A stretch of DNA of 64,000 nt from Balanoglossus misakiensis (taxonomy: Eukaryota > Animalia > Hemichordata). The notes beneath the pieces are model-generated. The model was not told where the DNA came from. It made no database searches and saw only the letters and a list, made by a program, of their open reading frames with translations. Both the position numbers and the translations under genes were made by a program. Location: NCBI GenBank assembly GCA_040954595.2, contig CM082579.2, positions 1,253,908-1,317,907 of the forward strand. The letters are read 5' to 3'. Shown piece by piece: positions 37,678 through 52,709 of this stretch. Every line of letters starts with the position of its first letter. Within the stretch, counting starts at the first letter, position 1.

Positions 37678-40600
37678 TTAGACATCGATCTGCTTGGCTT
37701 TGACCTCGGAGCCATGAGGTCTGCAGTAGATGACATTCTGCACCAACATTAAATTTCCGATCATGAGTGTGCGATTACAGACTTTGCACTTCTGGCAGGA
37801 TTTATGGAACACTTTTCCATCAGTCTTTGCCATCTCAGCCATGTAGACGTGTGTCCCACAGATGATACATTTCTCAGTCTTTGGGGCCACAAACATCTTG
37901 CGGGAGTTCCCCGCTGGCTTCTTGTTGATCTCATTTTTCTGTTCTTCCTGTGTGGATTCACTTTTGAAACTCTGCAATCTGCTGCTTATTGACCCTACAG
38001 ATTTTGGCTGAAAAGCGGAAAAGTAAAAAAAAAAATAGTTGATGAGTAACTTTCTATCTGCAAGTAAATTCACCATCCTTAAACCCTCCTCATACTAAGA
38101 TGTGGTATCACCCAAGACAAGCTGACTGGGTATATAATTAGACTGAAAATGCAGTCCAATAAAGAGTCCAAGCAAACAGATAAACTCACCTTCTCTATAG
38201 TATCATCACTTTCTTTCTCAGTTTCTTTGACTTTTTCTTCCTTTGATTCTGTTGTTTCTTTTGCTTCCTTCTCCTCTTTATCCTCCCTCTCCTGTTGTCT
38301 CTGCTTTGCCATGGCAACCCACATGGGAACCCCGCCATTGGCCGCCTCTTCTGACGCCCTCCTTTCACTGAAAGTGCGGATTTTCAGATGCCCCGCCTCT
38401 TTCTCGCGTTCACTGAAAGTCCGTATCTTGATTCTGGCTTTGTCTGATTCTTTTTGTGTTGGCAGAATAATTTTCGGTGTTGTTGTTGTTGTTGTGGTCA
38501 CTTTGTCTTGTTTGTTTTCTTTGTTTTCTGCTTCTGTGGGTTCAATCGCTTTCTTTTTGGATGCCTTGAAGCCCTCTCTCTTTTTCTTGGCTTCTTCTGC
38601 TGCATCTTGCTCTGTGCCTTCACTGGCTGACACTATAATCACTTCCCTGGACTGTTCTGTCTGTGGATCAATCCTCTCAATTTTCAAGGTCCGTTCCTCT
38701 ACAGTAACAAGCTGACTTGTCTCCACAGAATACTTGCCTGGCCCTTCCTCAATGTCCACTTTCAGCGGCTCAGGGGTGGGCTTTTCAAAAGTTGCAGATC
38801 TATGCCTCAATTCCGGGATCTCAAAAGTACCGGACTTGATGTGTAACTCTTTGGGTTCAAAGCTAGCAGATCGGACCCTCGTTTCAGGCTTCTTAAAACT
38901 GGTGGCTTTCTCAACTTCTAATTTTTCTGTTTCTGTCAGACTGCTTCTTTTATTTTCAACAGATTTCTTTCTCTTCGGTTCCTGCGGGCTCTGTTTCTGT
39001 TCCTTGAATTCCGTGACTGTTTCCTCTTTTTCTGGAATGTGGAGTGTGACTGGTTCTTGTGGCTGGACAGCTTCTTTCCCTTCAGATTCCATGGTTGGTT
39101 CCTCGATCTTCGGTATTTCCAATTCTTTAATTTCAGCAATAGGAGCAGTCACTACCTCCTTGGTGATAACTGTGCTTGAAGTCTTTGTGACACTTTCCCT
39201 TGTGATGAAGATTTCTGCAACAGATGACAAAGATTGACACATAATCAATAAACATGGTCACAATTGTATACATAAATGATCTGTAAAAATCTAGCTAATC
39301 TGTCACTATTGAGAATCTAATCACTGTATCACATAATATCTATTTTAAAAATCATATGATCAAAATCATACGACAGACTGAACAAAATTTGACTGTTGGC
39401 ATTTTACCTCTTGTGAATTCCTTGGAAGATGGTCTTTCTACCTTCTCCCTCTTCTCCACCTTAACACTAGAAACAGTGACAGTCTTTCGGACATCATCTT
39501 CTGTCTCTTCCGGTGTGTTTGGCAGTTCTGATCTGGACCCAGATCGCTGTGTGCATACAGAACCAAAGCAGAAATATGGTCAAACATGATACAGAAACAA
39601 AACCAATACCATTCAGTATTTTCAGGACATATAGACTGAAGTTCCCCTAGAGATCCTGGCCCAGAATATAGCAGCAACTCACCTGCGCAGTCAGACGACT
39701 TCTGCTGGACGCCCTCCTGGCTTTTGGTGCGATTGATATTCTATGTAATGCAGCCTCATTGGTTAAAATTGTATCACTTGTAACAAAATCAAAGTCAATG
39801 TCACCAGCATTGGCTGATAAAGAGAGACAAAAAATACTGATGTTCAATATTCTAATCTGACATGTAATCATGCAACTTAAATTTGTTGAGCTATTTATAA
39901 ATAGCAGATAAAAGATAAAAGCTGTGGAGTCCAATTAAGCCTCTCAAAATACAGAGCCGAAAGCACAGTATAACCAAAATGCAGTCTTTCCATATGGGCA
40001 TTTCACAACAGCTACATCAAATACTACCAGTAGAATCTGGCAATCAGCAACAAAAATGATTACCAGTAACTATACACAATAAATGAATAACATTAACCTG
40101 TGCTTTTGCTTTTCTTGTAACCAAACATCTTCCTCTTCCTTCCACCAAGAGGTGATGAGCTAAGACTTTTCTGTCATGAGCAAAAAGAAGAGAGAAATTC
40201 AAAAGGTGATCTGATAAAGCCTACAAGAAGGGATGCATCAAACACCAGCAAGGGCAGAACTGGATTTTGGAGATGATGGGGCTGGGCATAAGATTTTATT
40301 GTTGTAATATGATTCACCTAGACTATACAAATTAAATTTATCAGGGGATTACACTTGGTATCAGAAGTGACATGTCCACTGTTTCATGTCACATGGATTT
40401 TATCAATGTACACGTACTTTCCTCAGATTAATATGGATGAAGTCCGTGTAATGGCTAGAGGGCCATGCGGCAAAATATTGTAATAAAACACAATATCGCT
40501 TCCATACATTGACTTATAACGAAAGAAGGCATTTCTAATGTATACAAATGATTGCATCTGAATTTGACATCTGAAGGTTACCCGTTTCACCACCAATAAT

Positions 40601-43600
40601 TGGCATAACTACATGGATTTCCATGGTGTGGTTCGATCCACGCACAGAAACATGGGGGTGAAAGGGTGACAATGCTGACATAAAGAGACTATGAACCCCA
40701 ATCACCACACCCATTGTCTAACCTTAGGAAGTGAGAATTTTAGTAAGAGATGACATACATGTATGTTAGTAATATTATATCGGTGGATGTATCATTCACA
40801 TGTACAGTAGACTCCAACTGGTGAAAAACCATGTTAGAAGGTCAAACAGATATAATATAACTGATATTTTGCCAATGACAGTGAGAATAATTCAGTGATA
40901 ATTCAATGATGGATTATCAAACTCCATGCTTGATGACCTTGAGTGCTGACTGTACATTGTAAGTGACATACAACCACTTGACGTTTTTATCTGACATTAC
41001 AGAAAAAAACAGTGATCAAGAGACTGTCTTCTCAGGTTGGATTCAGTGGGAAAATTGAAAAAAAAATCCATTGGGAGGTTTAAGAAGTTTCATTGTACCT
41101 GGTTCTAAACTGGATAGAAATAATAATAATCCCGAATAGAAATGGAACAACTGACTTTGGAGCCTTTCAGCAACCAGCAGAAAAAAACATAATGACACAG
41201 AGAGGGGTGAAGGAAAGAGATTATGAGAGAATTCTACACAAACACATCAAGAGATTGACACCGAAGTAAAGATTTACCGTTCTCCTGGCTATAGGTAGTT
41301 TCTTTGTGACAAAAACCTGTCCACGGCACAGACAGAGACGACCATGACAGCGCAAATAAAGAAACAGAATACAATTGACAATGAGCGTTGAACGATGCAA
41401 TCAACAAACAGATGGATGAGATGCTATAGCAGTGATGATGTTGGTGATGATGATGATGATGAAGATGAAGATGCCAAGGTGTCAAGTGAAGCAGGTTGCC
41501 AAGCGCAGAGGTGATGTCTTTTGATAAGAAGAGGCGGCGAAAGGAGAAGGGCATTGTGCTCTCTATGCAAATTAGTTTAACCTTGTTGTGTGTTCAGAGA
41601 GACAGAAAGGTGGCGTTTTTGACAACTTACTCGCTCAAGGAAATGACCTTTTCAACTATTAGTATTTTATAATTCATTTTGCAACAGAAGCTTATATATA
41701 TTCACAAGATTTTGTTTCTAGCGCTGTTAGATTCTAAATTACCAACGCTCAACAAATTATGTGACATCATTGAAATTTCAAAAGAATTTCGAGAATTTTC
41801 AGGTGGAAATTAGAGTGCATAATTTTATACACAGCAAGTGCCATTATCTACATTGGTGTGTTTACTCATTTGCTGGTGTTTTTTGTTACATTTATCGCAG
41901 TGACCGCTTAAAAATTTCGGAAGTCCACCCCCTACTTTCTCAATAGAATATCACCTGAATCCAATCAAAACAAACAGATTATTCTATTGAACATAGAAAA
42001 TAGGGGTGGATATATCATGAACTCCTGGCTTTAATTTCGAGTTGGTAGCTCTGTGCACAAGATGTGGTTATTATTAAAACAGTTTGAAAGCACTAGTGAC
42101 TATATTTTTTGTATGAACAGATCAGCCATTTTCTGTAAAAATATAATCAACATGCATGTTATTTATCGACACAGTTTTTTCCTCCATATGGATTAAGCAA
42201 CAAAAATCAGAATCTTCAGTGTTTGGGTGACACATACCATTTGTACCATTCGAGACAACAGAGAGACAAAAACAATGGAACATAACGAACTTATCACTAA
42301 CCAATATTCATATACAATGTTTCAAGAGGAAGCAAATGTAGGACTACAGCTTGTCAGTCAATCACTCACCTCATCATCCATACTAAGAATGCCACTGTCT
42401 CTTTTATTGTCCCCTCCGTGTTCGCTTCTTTCATTCAACACATCCGATGTGGTCAGGGTCACGTCAGGGGTGTGGCCAAAACCGTCGTCTTCTGAACCGG
42501 ACTCTGCCCTGGACCTTAGTTTGGCCGACAATTCACTCTGCATATTGATTCAACAACACATGGACAAATTGACTTCTTTGTGAGAATCAGGAAAACTGAT
42601 GGGTCAGAATAAGTTATCCACGATGCGACGACTTGCAACAAACACCAAAACACCCAATGTTCATCTTGGCGACTGATTAAAATTTGGCCCTCTGTTAAAT
42701 TTTGACTCTGACTAGCGGACAGAGATTGGCACAGAGTAACCAGCTGATAATAACCTTTGTGATGGTTGCATGTCAGTGAATGTACACCATATAGTTACCA
42801 CAGTATTTTAATATGTCATACATTTGCCTATTCATTAACTGGATTTGTGGCTCTCATTGCTGGTATTCCATATTCGTTGTACTTCACTGAATGACTGCAT
42901 GAAGTTTTCTAGGGAACATGGCTAACATTGGCTAAATCCAAGTAGGTATCATTGTCTTATCACCAATGAATCTCTACATTATCATATTTTTATCTTGGCA
43001 TTTAATAGAAATTACGTAATTCCATGCAGCGTGACTTTTTGAGTGAATATTTTTTCTGCTGGTCATAACAACTATTCCAACCCACGCCGCATTCCTGTCT
43101 GTGTTTAAACAAGGTCATCCCTTGGTCCAATATCCCTGTGTTTTCATCAACTTGTCAGATGTCTTTTTATTTATGAAGTAGTCACCCCACTGGGCTAACA
43201 CTTTGACCCAATGGCCTCTGCTGGTCACTCCATTTGGTGGCAGTGACCCAGATTATGACAGGACAGATCTGACCAACTGGTTTATGTTTCAACTGTTTTG
43301 AATTACTAAAACAGTGAACAACTTCCATTTTGCTGATGTTTTGGATATAAGGAGAAAGTGACTCACCGTAAATCCTACAGGAATGTTTTCAACTGAAATT
43401 GTGATTTGTTGTAATGGCTGTTGGCTTGGCTTCTGTTGGTCTGGATTGAAAACGCTGTCGTGTGACAGACTCAATCCACTCATGCCAACTGGAGATCCAG
43501 GTTTCAATCTGCAATTGTACACACAGACAATTTTGTTGATTTCAGAACAATGACTCACACACACATCAGGGAAAAGTGCAGGTAAAAAAATCAATTGAGT

Positions 43601-44864
43601 GGAATTCTGGCATCACATGAACATCCATCTCTTGTTCTAATTAGCTTCTATTATATCACGATGATAACCATATCCAGAATGACTTCCGCGGATGATACAA
43701 AACTAGAAACACTGATTTGCATCTTTCGGATCCACTGTTATACCACCGATTCAGTTTTTATATATTTTTCATATCATTATCTACAAAACACCATTTTATT
43801 CCCATGAGATAACATTCTTTCTACTCAATTTGATCAGAGCTACCACGATGTCCCCTTAATTAAACGGTGACACTTAAGCGCAAACACACATCAATCGATG
43901 ACAAAAAGTAAACTTTACCTTGAGGCAAAAAATAATATTGATCAGACAGAAATGTGTCTACTAAATTGTGAGATTTAGAAAAAAAACAATCCAATATATT
44001 ATTTCATCTATCAGTGTGTTATGTGGCAAACTCACCTGTCATCTTCCTTCTGTGAGAGTTCACTTGTTGACTTTGACAATGGCTGTGATAAACCAGACTC
44101 AACTTCAGCCTCACCTAGAGATTTACTCTTTCTACTCCTCCATTTGAATATTTTACGGATTGATTTCAGCTTGGGTGTCCGGAACCGTCTTTTCCGCACA
44201 ACTTCTGAAAAGCGGGAAAGGAAAGGTTGCATTAAGAATTGCAAAGTGGATTAGTAATAAATCACAACACTGAGGGAAATATAACTTTCTTTGCCCGGCT
44301 TGAATGATGTGGCTTTTGGCAATGAAATATTGTATTGTACATTGAGGCATCTTCAAAATAACCATGGCAACCAGACTGATGAGAGTTGGCTAATATTTGA
44401 GTAGCTGCCCAATAAATCATGTCACTATTGTAAAGTCCATCCAGGTATTCTACTCTCAACATCCTCCAAATGATTTTCAAGACTCTGTAAAATTCTTTTC
44501 CATTGTCAACAAGAAAACGCAATATTAACATATGGCAGATTCCCGTTGAATTTTACTCCACAGACCCAGGACACCTTTAGTGCATTGAATGACGACGTCT
44601 CTACAAAAGATGTGTCTAGACATCATTGAGTCCATTCAATGATAACAGAGGCTTGATCAATGCTTGATCTATGTCAATCACTGTACATACAAATGTTTAT
44701 CAACAGTCTTTGATAAAACACTTTGGTACCTCCACATTATATTCTTTTTCAAACAAACTACAATTCCAACCTGTTGTCTCATTGTCTTCATCATCACTAT
44801 TCTTTGGTGCTGGATTGTCCACTTCTATGCTGCTAATTCTCTGTGTAGTTCCTGTGGCAGCCAT
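37678..44864 (-). CDS. CRACD/KIAA1211-like (DUF4592) actin-capping regulator with C-terminal LIM domain
   Basis: Phase-consistent exons 44864(44995)-44771, 44204-44036, 43508-43367 (LSHDSVF...SVENI), 42537-42370, 41316-41278, 40170-40098, 39813-39683 (LTNEAALHRISIAPKARRAS), 39546-39408, 39214-38190 (Glu/Lys-rich; PMWVAMAKQR) and 38007-37678 (LIM: CxxC...HxxCxxCxxC...CxxH). An extra coding exon 49646-49517 and a non-coding first exon ending at 55069 are possible. Confidence 0.78.
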
Positions 44865-47800
44865 ATTGGATCCTAGCACATCCCTTTGGTAGCGATAACG
44901 GCCTGAAAATACCTCAGCTTTTGGAAACTGCTGGTTGCGATTCTTCTCCCTGCTCTTGTCTTTCTCTGCCTCGATTCTCTCCTCTGTGTCAGAGTCTGCA
45001 AAGAATAAAGGATAAATAAAATTTGGAGATGTTCAATAATCGCATTCAGAAACAGGAACACATGGAGCAATTATTTTTAAATCACTAAACTTGATTTTTA
45101 CATTATTAACACTGATGTTAATTGGATGTTGAAAGTGTATGATGGTTGCCTAGCAACCTCACATTTCCAATGATATGGCCGGAAGGGGTTAAGAGCAGGT
45201 TCTATACTCTTTCTACTAGGTCTTCACTTGGGTTCGACTTGTATGTACTCTCAGACAATGAGAAATCATATAAGTGTTCCGTCATCAAGGTACACTGTTT
45301 CATGTCAGACAGACAAACACAGACACAACACACATATGGTAACATTAATTTTCACTATTTATATTTTAAAAAAGACAAACTATATTTGGATAATTATGCA
45401 ACTATTATTATCCTAGCTATTTTAGTGAGCTGATTTTCCCCTCAAATTGAATGGTTAGATCCTGATGATAATTTGCCTAATATCTGTTTTGTATTCATAT
45501 ACACATGCAGTATTCAACATGTTCAATGATATTCAGCATACATTCAATATTTATAGTCAATTACACGTATGCGTGTTATATTATACTGCTGTGTGAAAAA
45601 TATCCCCTAATTCATTCTTAATATTTAAGCTATTTAATGCTTTTGAATTGTATTAAAAGGATACTTCAAATTGACAGTTTGTACTTCCTGAGATATGCAT
45701 AATTTTAAAAAACTAAATGATTTTTAAAAGATATTACGACATGCCTAGCATATGTTGCAGACGTACCACATACACCATTAGATACATGTACTGTACAATT
45801 GAAATGTAACCCTCTTTCATGCCAGCAAACGTAAAGTCGTTGAATATAAGGAGAGAATCAAATGGTGGTATTACAATGTGTGTACAAACGGTATATCTAT
45901 GTGTGTTCGTGTATTAAATTCTGAAAACGGGATTTTTATTCATGAATATTAAACAGTGTGAGAACATTCTTGTGTTTGAATGGAAAAGAATTCAAATACA
46001 GAAATTACTGTCTTTGTTCTATAGAGATTTATTTTGCATGGAATTTCACAGTTACGTTGCATGTCTTTCATTGTGTTCTTTCATCACAGAAACAATGATG
46101 TGATTGCAAGCGAAATGATGACGTCAAGAAAATATTGATTCCTTTAGACAATACTATCACAAACTACTTCAGTGTTAGCACAATTCACTGTTGGAGTGGC
46201 CATGAACTAGGTTACAGCTATTCAACAATATCAAACTCTGAGAGCTCAATTTCAATGCCATGCAATCTGAAGTACTGATTACTTTGCTCTTTGTGACATT
46301 AGAATGAGGCAAGATCACTTCTGCCGAAGGACTACAGTACTTAAATTTGATATCATTTTCTAAACTTCAGAAATATCCAGATTCAAAACCATAAGTGATA
46401 CCGGTTCAATTATGATGCAAAAACTTAAATAACACATATTTTTTTTACCGTCAAACAACTGTTTCCACTGTTCTTGCCAGAGTTCCTGCCACTCATCGGA
46501 ACCCAGGCGGAATTCTTCAAATACGCACATGATCAGGCAACCGTTTTACGGGTTGAAATGGCATGTACACATTAATCTGTGACAAAGACTAGGTCCTGAC
46601 ATCCATGCTTCACAGGTTTTCTCGGTTGCCTGTTACCTGGGTTAGTCTCTTCACAATACAACTACGGATATGGTAGTTGGAATATTCAACCGCATTCAGT
46701 GAGTCTCCACTCAAAACAAATGAAGACCAACGGAGCAAATCAAGTCTCCCCTGGAGCACAATTCCTGCAGGCTTAATATCCCTGACTGTCAGAAACTAAT
46801 CCTTCTTCCCCAAACACAGCTCTCAATCTTCAAGAACATCAACGTTTGCAATTTATGCAGAAGATTACATGCAAAGCTGTGGTACACAAAGTTGTAATCC
46901 TGTCAACAAATGTCACTTTGTTGAAATCATTGCATCCTTGCATCTGCTCTCCTACTCTGAATCTTGAAACGCATTACTAGTCCAACTGCATCCTCACAAC
47001 ACAAGACAGTAATCCAACGGTGTGACTTGAAACTTCCGAACTGCAGTTTACACAACCATTTCTCTACTATTTATAAATTCAAATGATACTGACATGTCCA
47101 TACAGAGCATCTCTATGATTCCATTGTTCCTGTGATGAGCATTTCGGCCAAATCCACTGTTTCCATCAATTATGTTTTGCTATGCTTATCTAATAACACT
47201 GACCAATCAATAGAATAAATGGACATCCACGACAACGATCTACTTCACTCAGAGTGATTAGTGCATCAAATCAAAGTTGTGCACCATGCACGTCATACAG
47301 TCTATTTATTAACTCTAATTGGATTTATGAATCAATCCACTATATCGCTAGGTGATGAAATTGACTTCTCAGACTGGTCGACAGTTTGCGTCAGCTACAG
47401 TATTAGAAGATGTGAGTGATAAAATACAGACACTGGGGGAGTTCTGATCTCTGCATACTGGTACAGGGACATGTTTACATTTTGGTAAAATAACCAGTGC
47501 CATATATCGCTTAGATAGAAAAGAAAAGTCAATGAGGTCTGCCACAGTCACTGGGGTCAAATAGTCAAGACAGCAAAGCACGATGCTTCTTGAGTCAGTA
47601 TTTAATCTATGTTAAAATGCCCCACTTCTTTGATAGAGTAAGACTGAGCTTACTTTATATATGATTTTAATCAGAGTGGGCTTCACACTATTTCAGTCCA
47701 TCATCTGATCAGAACACAGTTAATAGGAGAGAGTAGAAAAACACATGCAACCCATCAGAGATTTGTAGACAAATGACCCGACGTGATTCAGTGTTTACGA

Positions 47801-50800
47801 GTCTGATATGGACATGTGATGTCAGTATACTCAGTGTAAACTGAATGTGTGCAATCGGGTGAAAGTACTTAAAAGACGGCTGTAAAGCTTTTTACACCAA
47901 AGACTAATCAGCATTAAATGCCTGACATGCAACAATGCATAACAAAACAGACTTAAATAGAAGTGGGGCAAGTGAAAAAAATCACCACCCAGTTTCCCAT
48001 GATGCAGTTCACTCAACCAAATGGCTGCTGCAGGGTCATTCCCCCCCCCCCCCCCAGTCAGTACCATGTCAACATAATTACACACCTATTAAACTTTGTC
48101 ATCTGTGTTAATTACAATCATCTCATCTACCATTTCACAAGCTGATTAGAAAATTGAGTTGATTGAATATGCAGTTTCTGTTACAGCTGTCTTCTTGAAA
48201 AGTACCTTGGGTACTGGAATTTACATTTACTGATTTCATTTCTGTTCAGATTCATAATTTTTGTCTGCAAGAAAACTGAAACCAGCTATTCATTTTTCAG
48301 TCATCCTGGGGCGTGCCCATGGATAGAGGAAGGAAGGAATGTGGTGGGAAGGCTAGAAAATACCGGACACTTGAATGACAAAATTTCATAACCAGCAACT
48401 ATCCTGTGCAACTGCATAATCCTGTATCAATTTCACAGACTGAAGTCACTCCTAGTGTGCATTATGGTTTTGCCTTGACTGCACTGAATAAAAGCTTTTC
48501 TGTACTTTTGCCATACATATACAAATTTTTATGACAATGGTTTAATTTGTGAGGTCTCTCCTAAAACAAATTGGAATCCAAATACAGCAGTATGTTTATA
48601 AATCTGAATGCAGCAAGCCAGACTAGACTACACTCCTGGATCATATTTGGCTCAACATGTCTCTTATAACAATGATAAAGCTGCTTATTCAATAACAACA
48701 AATGATCTACACTCATGGCATGAACAGAAATGTATGCGTTACCAAGGTGATAACCATGGTTGCTGGGGAACAAGTTTGGAGGTCAGAAGTAAGAGTCAAT
48801 GACCGACAGAACAGTTAGTTTGTGAGACTGCAGGCACTTTAATACAGTGTTCTACTGATGATGGACCATGATACATTATTGGGTGGCAAATAAGAGTGAA
48901 ATCTACAAGCACATTTGAATCAACTTCAGATGTTTGATATCAATACAATCTGTGTCTGAGATCATTTGTGTGTGATACATCTTGTCCAGTAATGAAATGC
49001 TGATACTGTGAATCTCTTATTTAGCAATGAAGCCTTGACAGCCATTATTATTACAACGCCTGATCCTAACTGAGCCATCATTGCATGTAATGGATAAGTA
49101 CTACGATCACAACTTCCCCAGCTACAGCAGTGACACTCAAAACTTGATGGAGAAGTGCAGGGTGGAAGTTGTTCCCATATCCTCACTAAAACCTCCTAAA
49201 GCCAAAAAGACACACTGCCTGCTATATAAGTTTACAATAACATAAAACCTGATGTCTAGATTGTTCAACAATCTGGCATGAGTTATTTCTTCCAGGGGAC
49301 TGGAGCAATAAACTGTTCCCCTTGCAAACTGATACATTGATATTGTAAACAGGAAGGCCAACAAGGCCCATAGGAATGGAGGTCTGCAATGATAAGCTAC
49401 CAAGTGTTGTGTCCGACAGATCAAACAACATCTTCCAACTTGTTCTTCTTTCGTCCATCTCCATGTATTGATGTATGTACTTGGAACTGAAAATCTAAGA
49501 TGGTGTGTCCACTTACCTTCTCCCCTGACACACATGGTACACTTGGAACGTCCCTTAGCCATGATGGGCAAACTTATTTCTCTCTGAACACCCTTGTGTG
49601 TTCTGTCAGAACTATGGTAAATATGGTGGGATGGTTTCGCCTTCATCCAGTTATGGAGTCCGGTTACTGAAGTTATGTGACACCCACCGACAAGCGGATG
49701 GTGCCTCAAGGAAGTCTCCTTAAGCAGCTTCCTATCATCTAGCTGGCTGCCTATCTCTGATGTATGCTTCAAAATTTCATGAATGTTGACATCTGATGTT
49801 ATTGGTCACTTGGGTAGCACTGTATCAGCTAGTGTTTATAGTTCTTGTATGTTTGCATGGGTGAAGGACAGTAGTCTCCCTTATATTCCCCCCATCTTTC
49901 GATTCACAAATCCAGTCCAAGCTAGCAGAGTGATTTATTTGATGATTGATCTATCTAGCAGAGGTTGGATATCTTAACCCACTGGCTTTGGAGACAGAAG
50001 TTGTCCAGATCGTATTTCAGGTAATGAAGGCTAATGCCAGGAATGCACGATCAAAACAGTGATACAAGGTTAGTGAAGTGATCCTTGGTAGATATGCTGT
50101 GTGGGTAATGTACACATCGAGTGAAATTATGCATATTTCACTAAAATATTTAATTTAGATTAAGAACTCTCATATCTTAACACCAGAATTGTGTTTATAG
50201 CCCTTTAAAGTTCACAGCACACTTCCACTCAGGAAAGGGGGGCGTTTATTGAACTTTCACTTGTGTGTACTGTAATGGATACCAGTGAAATCACAAGATT
50301 TAGATTTTCTTACACAGCCTCTAGTCAACAGTCAGGATCTCTGCTGTACAGTTTATAATTATAGTCCGGATCGGATCTGTTTTGGGGTGAAATTGTAAGA
50401 GCTAACCTAGAATGTTATTTTGAAAGCATATTAAAGTATATCATTTGGAAAGCTCTGTTTTTACATTAACACTCAATCAATAAGCATTTCAAAATTTTCT
50501 TACCTGAGACCGCTTCTTGTACAACTTTTATACCTGGCAGTAATTGGGAAATTCAATACACTCCAGCTGTCACCATTGATATATATAATTACATACCAAT
50601 TCTGGCACACACCTGCAAATAATTTCAACATGATTATTTTCATGTCACACACATGTAAAGTACAAGATCACCAACAGTAACACAGGCATGTATCTAGTAT
50701 TGTGTAAAGCACAGAGCAGACTAAACCAATTACTGGCCAGACTGTTGCTAAACTAACACTATATATGCAACCAGCTTGAGTAAACATGATCTACACTTAT

Positions 50801-51960
50801 GATTGATTTCATTACAGCAACCTATCAAACTCTTAAAAGTCTAACAGAGCAGGAACAGCAGTTATCGCCGCCAGACTGATTGCACTGTTTTGATTCTGGA
50901 CATAACTATACCCTCACTGTTCTAATTCTTGAGAGGAGATGACAGTCAACGTGAGATCGTCTACTCTCGAGTCTGAAACCAGTGCTTTAATGTAGTAGGT
51001 GGTTTTTCAGATAACTCAGGGTGCAAAGTTCAACTGCGAAGAAGGCAAACATGATTTTTGAAACTTATGAAACAAGAAAAGTCAGCGAATAAATATGCTG
51101 AAACGTTGATAAATTCCAAAATTAACATATTAAAGATTTATGTATGCATATGCACTTGACGTGGGTGATTTTAAGGGAGATTCCTTTACAGCGTTGAAAG
51201 AAATACTAGTTCAAACTGGGGAAATCCCCAGGATCAACCCACCCTCTGATAAGGATATCATAAATCTTTTATCTGATCTTGGAATTTGTAGACCAGGGAC
51301 CCAGATACCACAGGAGTACATCCTTTGACCCAAGTTATCAAGAAAGAAATGACCAGAATATAAAAAAGACTAGAGCATGGCTTTTTTCCTAACAATTCCC
51401 CTAAAGAAAATGCTGACAATGTGCTTTTTCTTGTATGGCTATTCGACTTTCTTGTATGGATATTTGACAGTATCTGTGTGTTATGACCAACATGGTCAGA
51501 TGGAATGTTGTCTTCGGATGATTGCTTAACAACTGACCTTTGACCTGACAATGTTAACAGGTGTCATCTCTCTCACAATTAATAAATATGAAAGTTCAAC
51601 CCTTCAAACAATCATATTCACATTTTAGTTCAATCAAAACTTTTCACAAAACAGGATTCTGACCTTATTTTTAAAGGAATTATTACACCTATTTTTATTT
51701 CATTTGAGTGTTAAACATTCATTTAGTAAAATAACCATTTTATCCAAATCAAGACATTATATTTCGGCTATGGTTTTCTATAATTAATGATTCATTAATA
51801 AAATCGTCGAAATTCATGTCCCTCAGAAAAAATCTCAATTCGTATTTGCCGCGTATAGACCACGTGACATGACGTCATTGGGGGAAGTCGTTGCCAGTAT
51901 GTAAACAGTGATATCGTTGCACAGCCTAGCCCAAAGCGAGAGTCCCGCGTTTCCATCATT

Positions 51961-52095
51961 ATTATCAAACGATGCGTCGTCGGGGGCTGTAAAAACACTA
52001 TCCGTAGTGTACATAGATTTCCGAAAAGCAAAGGACTGAGAGAAAAATGGGAGCGCTTCATACAAAACGGCCAAAAGGTCCATACATCACCGTAA
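51961..52095 (+). pseudogene. THAP zinc-finger N-terminus remnant (Kolobok transposase)
   Basis: IIKRCVVGGCKNTIRSVHRFPKSKGLREKWERFIQ...*: C-x4-C, HRFP and W of the THAP signature. No ATG at the expected start; truncated. Confidence 0.75.
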
Positions 52096-52446
52096 AGGTA
52101 ATGATGAATGGAACTGTACCGGTGTTATGCCAGTTTTGGGTAACCGGTCGCTTGTGAACAGGGAGTTTATCTGTGATATTTATGTATGAAATTTGTCGTC
52201 CCATTACGTTTTTTTCACAACAGAGATGTCAGCAATGATGTTTTAGTACGGACCGTGTCGGCATGGCGTGGTGCCGCGGACCGGGTTCTTTGTGTATATA
52301 TCGGTGACCAGACGAGCGCAGACCTCCGTATCGGGGAGGCAGATCGGCTACGAGAATATTTGAGTTTCACTGAACCACTCCATGAACATTTTATTGGACA
52401 TATTTATTGTAAAATAAAAACAAACAAACAGAAAATGACGCTTATT

Positions 52447-52709
52447 CACCAATCTATATTTCCCACTCGAGAAGACTCAGGCGAATCTGGACCCGCGCTT
52501 GCAGGCATTTCTTCGCTCTGTACATCGACGGATTGCCCAACAGGTTGAGGAGATACCTCACGCCTTGCTGGTTCAAATCTATACGGCTGTGGCCAGGAAT
52601 TTCCTTGAAAGCAGCGACGAAGAGCCCAAAACTCTCCATCGCTACTGTCTGAATCATATACTCTCCCACAAATTGCCTCGTCACTGACCGTGTTTACCGT
52701 TGACGCCAT
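52447..52709 (-). pseudogene. KolX-like (P2X7 ballast/Zn-binding-type) first exon remnant
   Basis: MASTVN...DSDSSD...PQPYRFEP...SRVGNIDW followed by a gtgaat donor. PYxFEP and RxGNxxW precede the CxC of KolX/P2X7-ballast-like proteins; the downstream exon appears deleted. Confidence 0.68.

Noticed and set aside
38149-39237. Long plus-strand Ser/Phe-rich ORFs (188 and 167 aa)
   Set aside because: Antisense shadows of the Glu/Lys-rich exon of the CRACD-like gene.
49137-49516. 3' part of the 211-aa ORF as an independent gene
   Set aside because: No recognisable domain, and it lies downstream of a strong splice donor, so it is more likely intronic.
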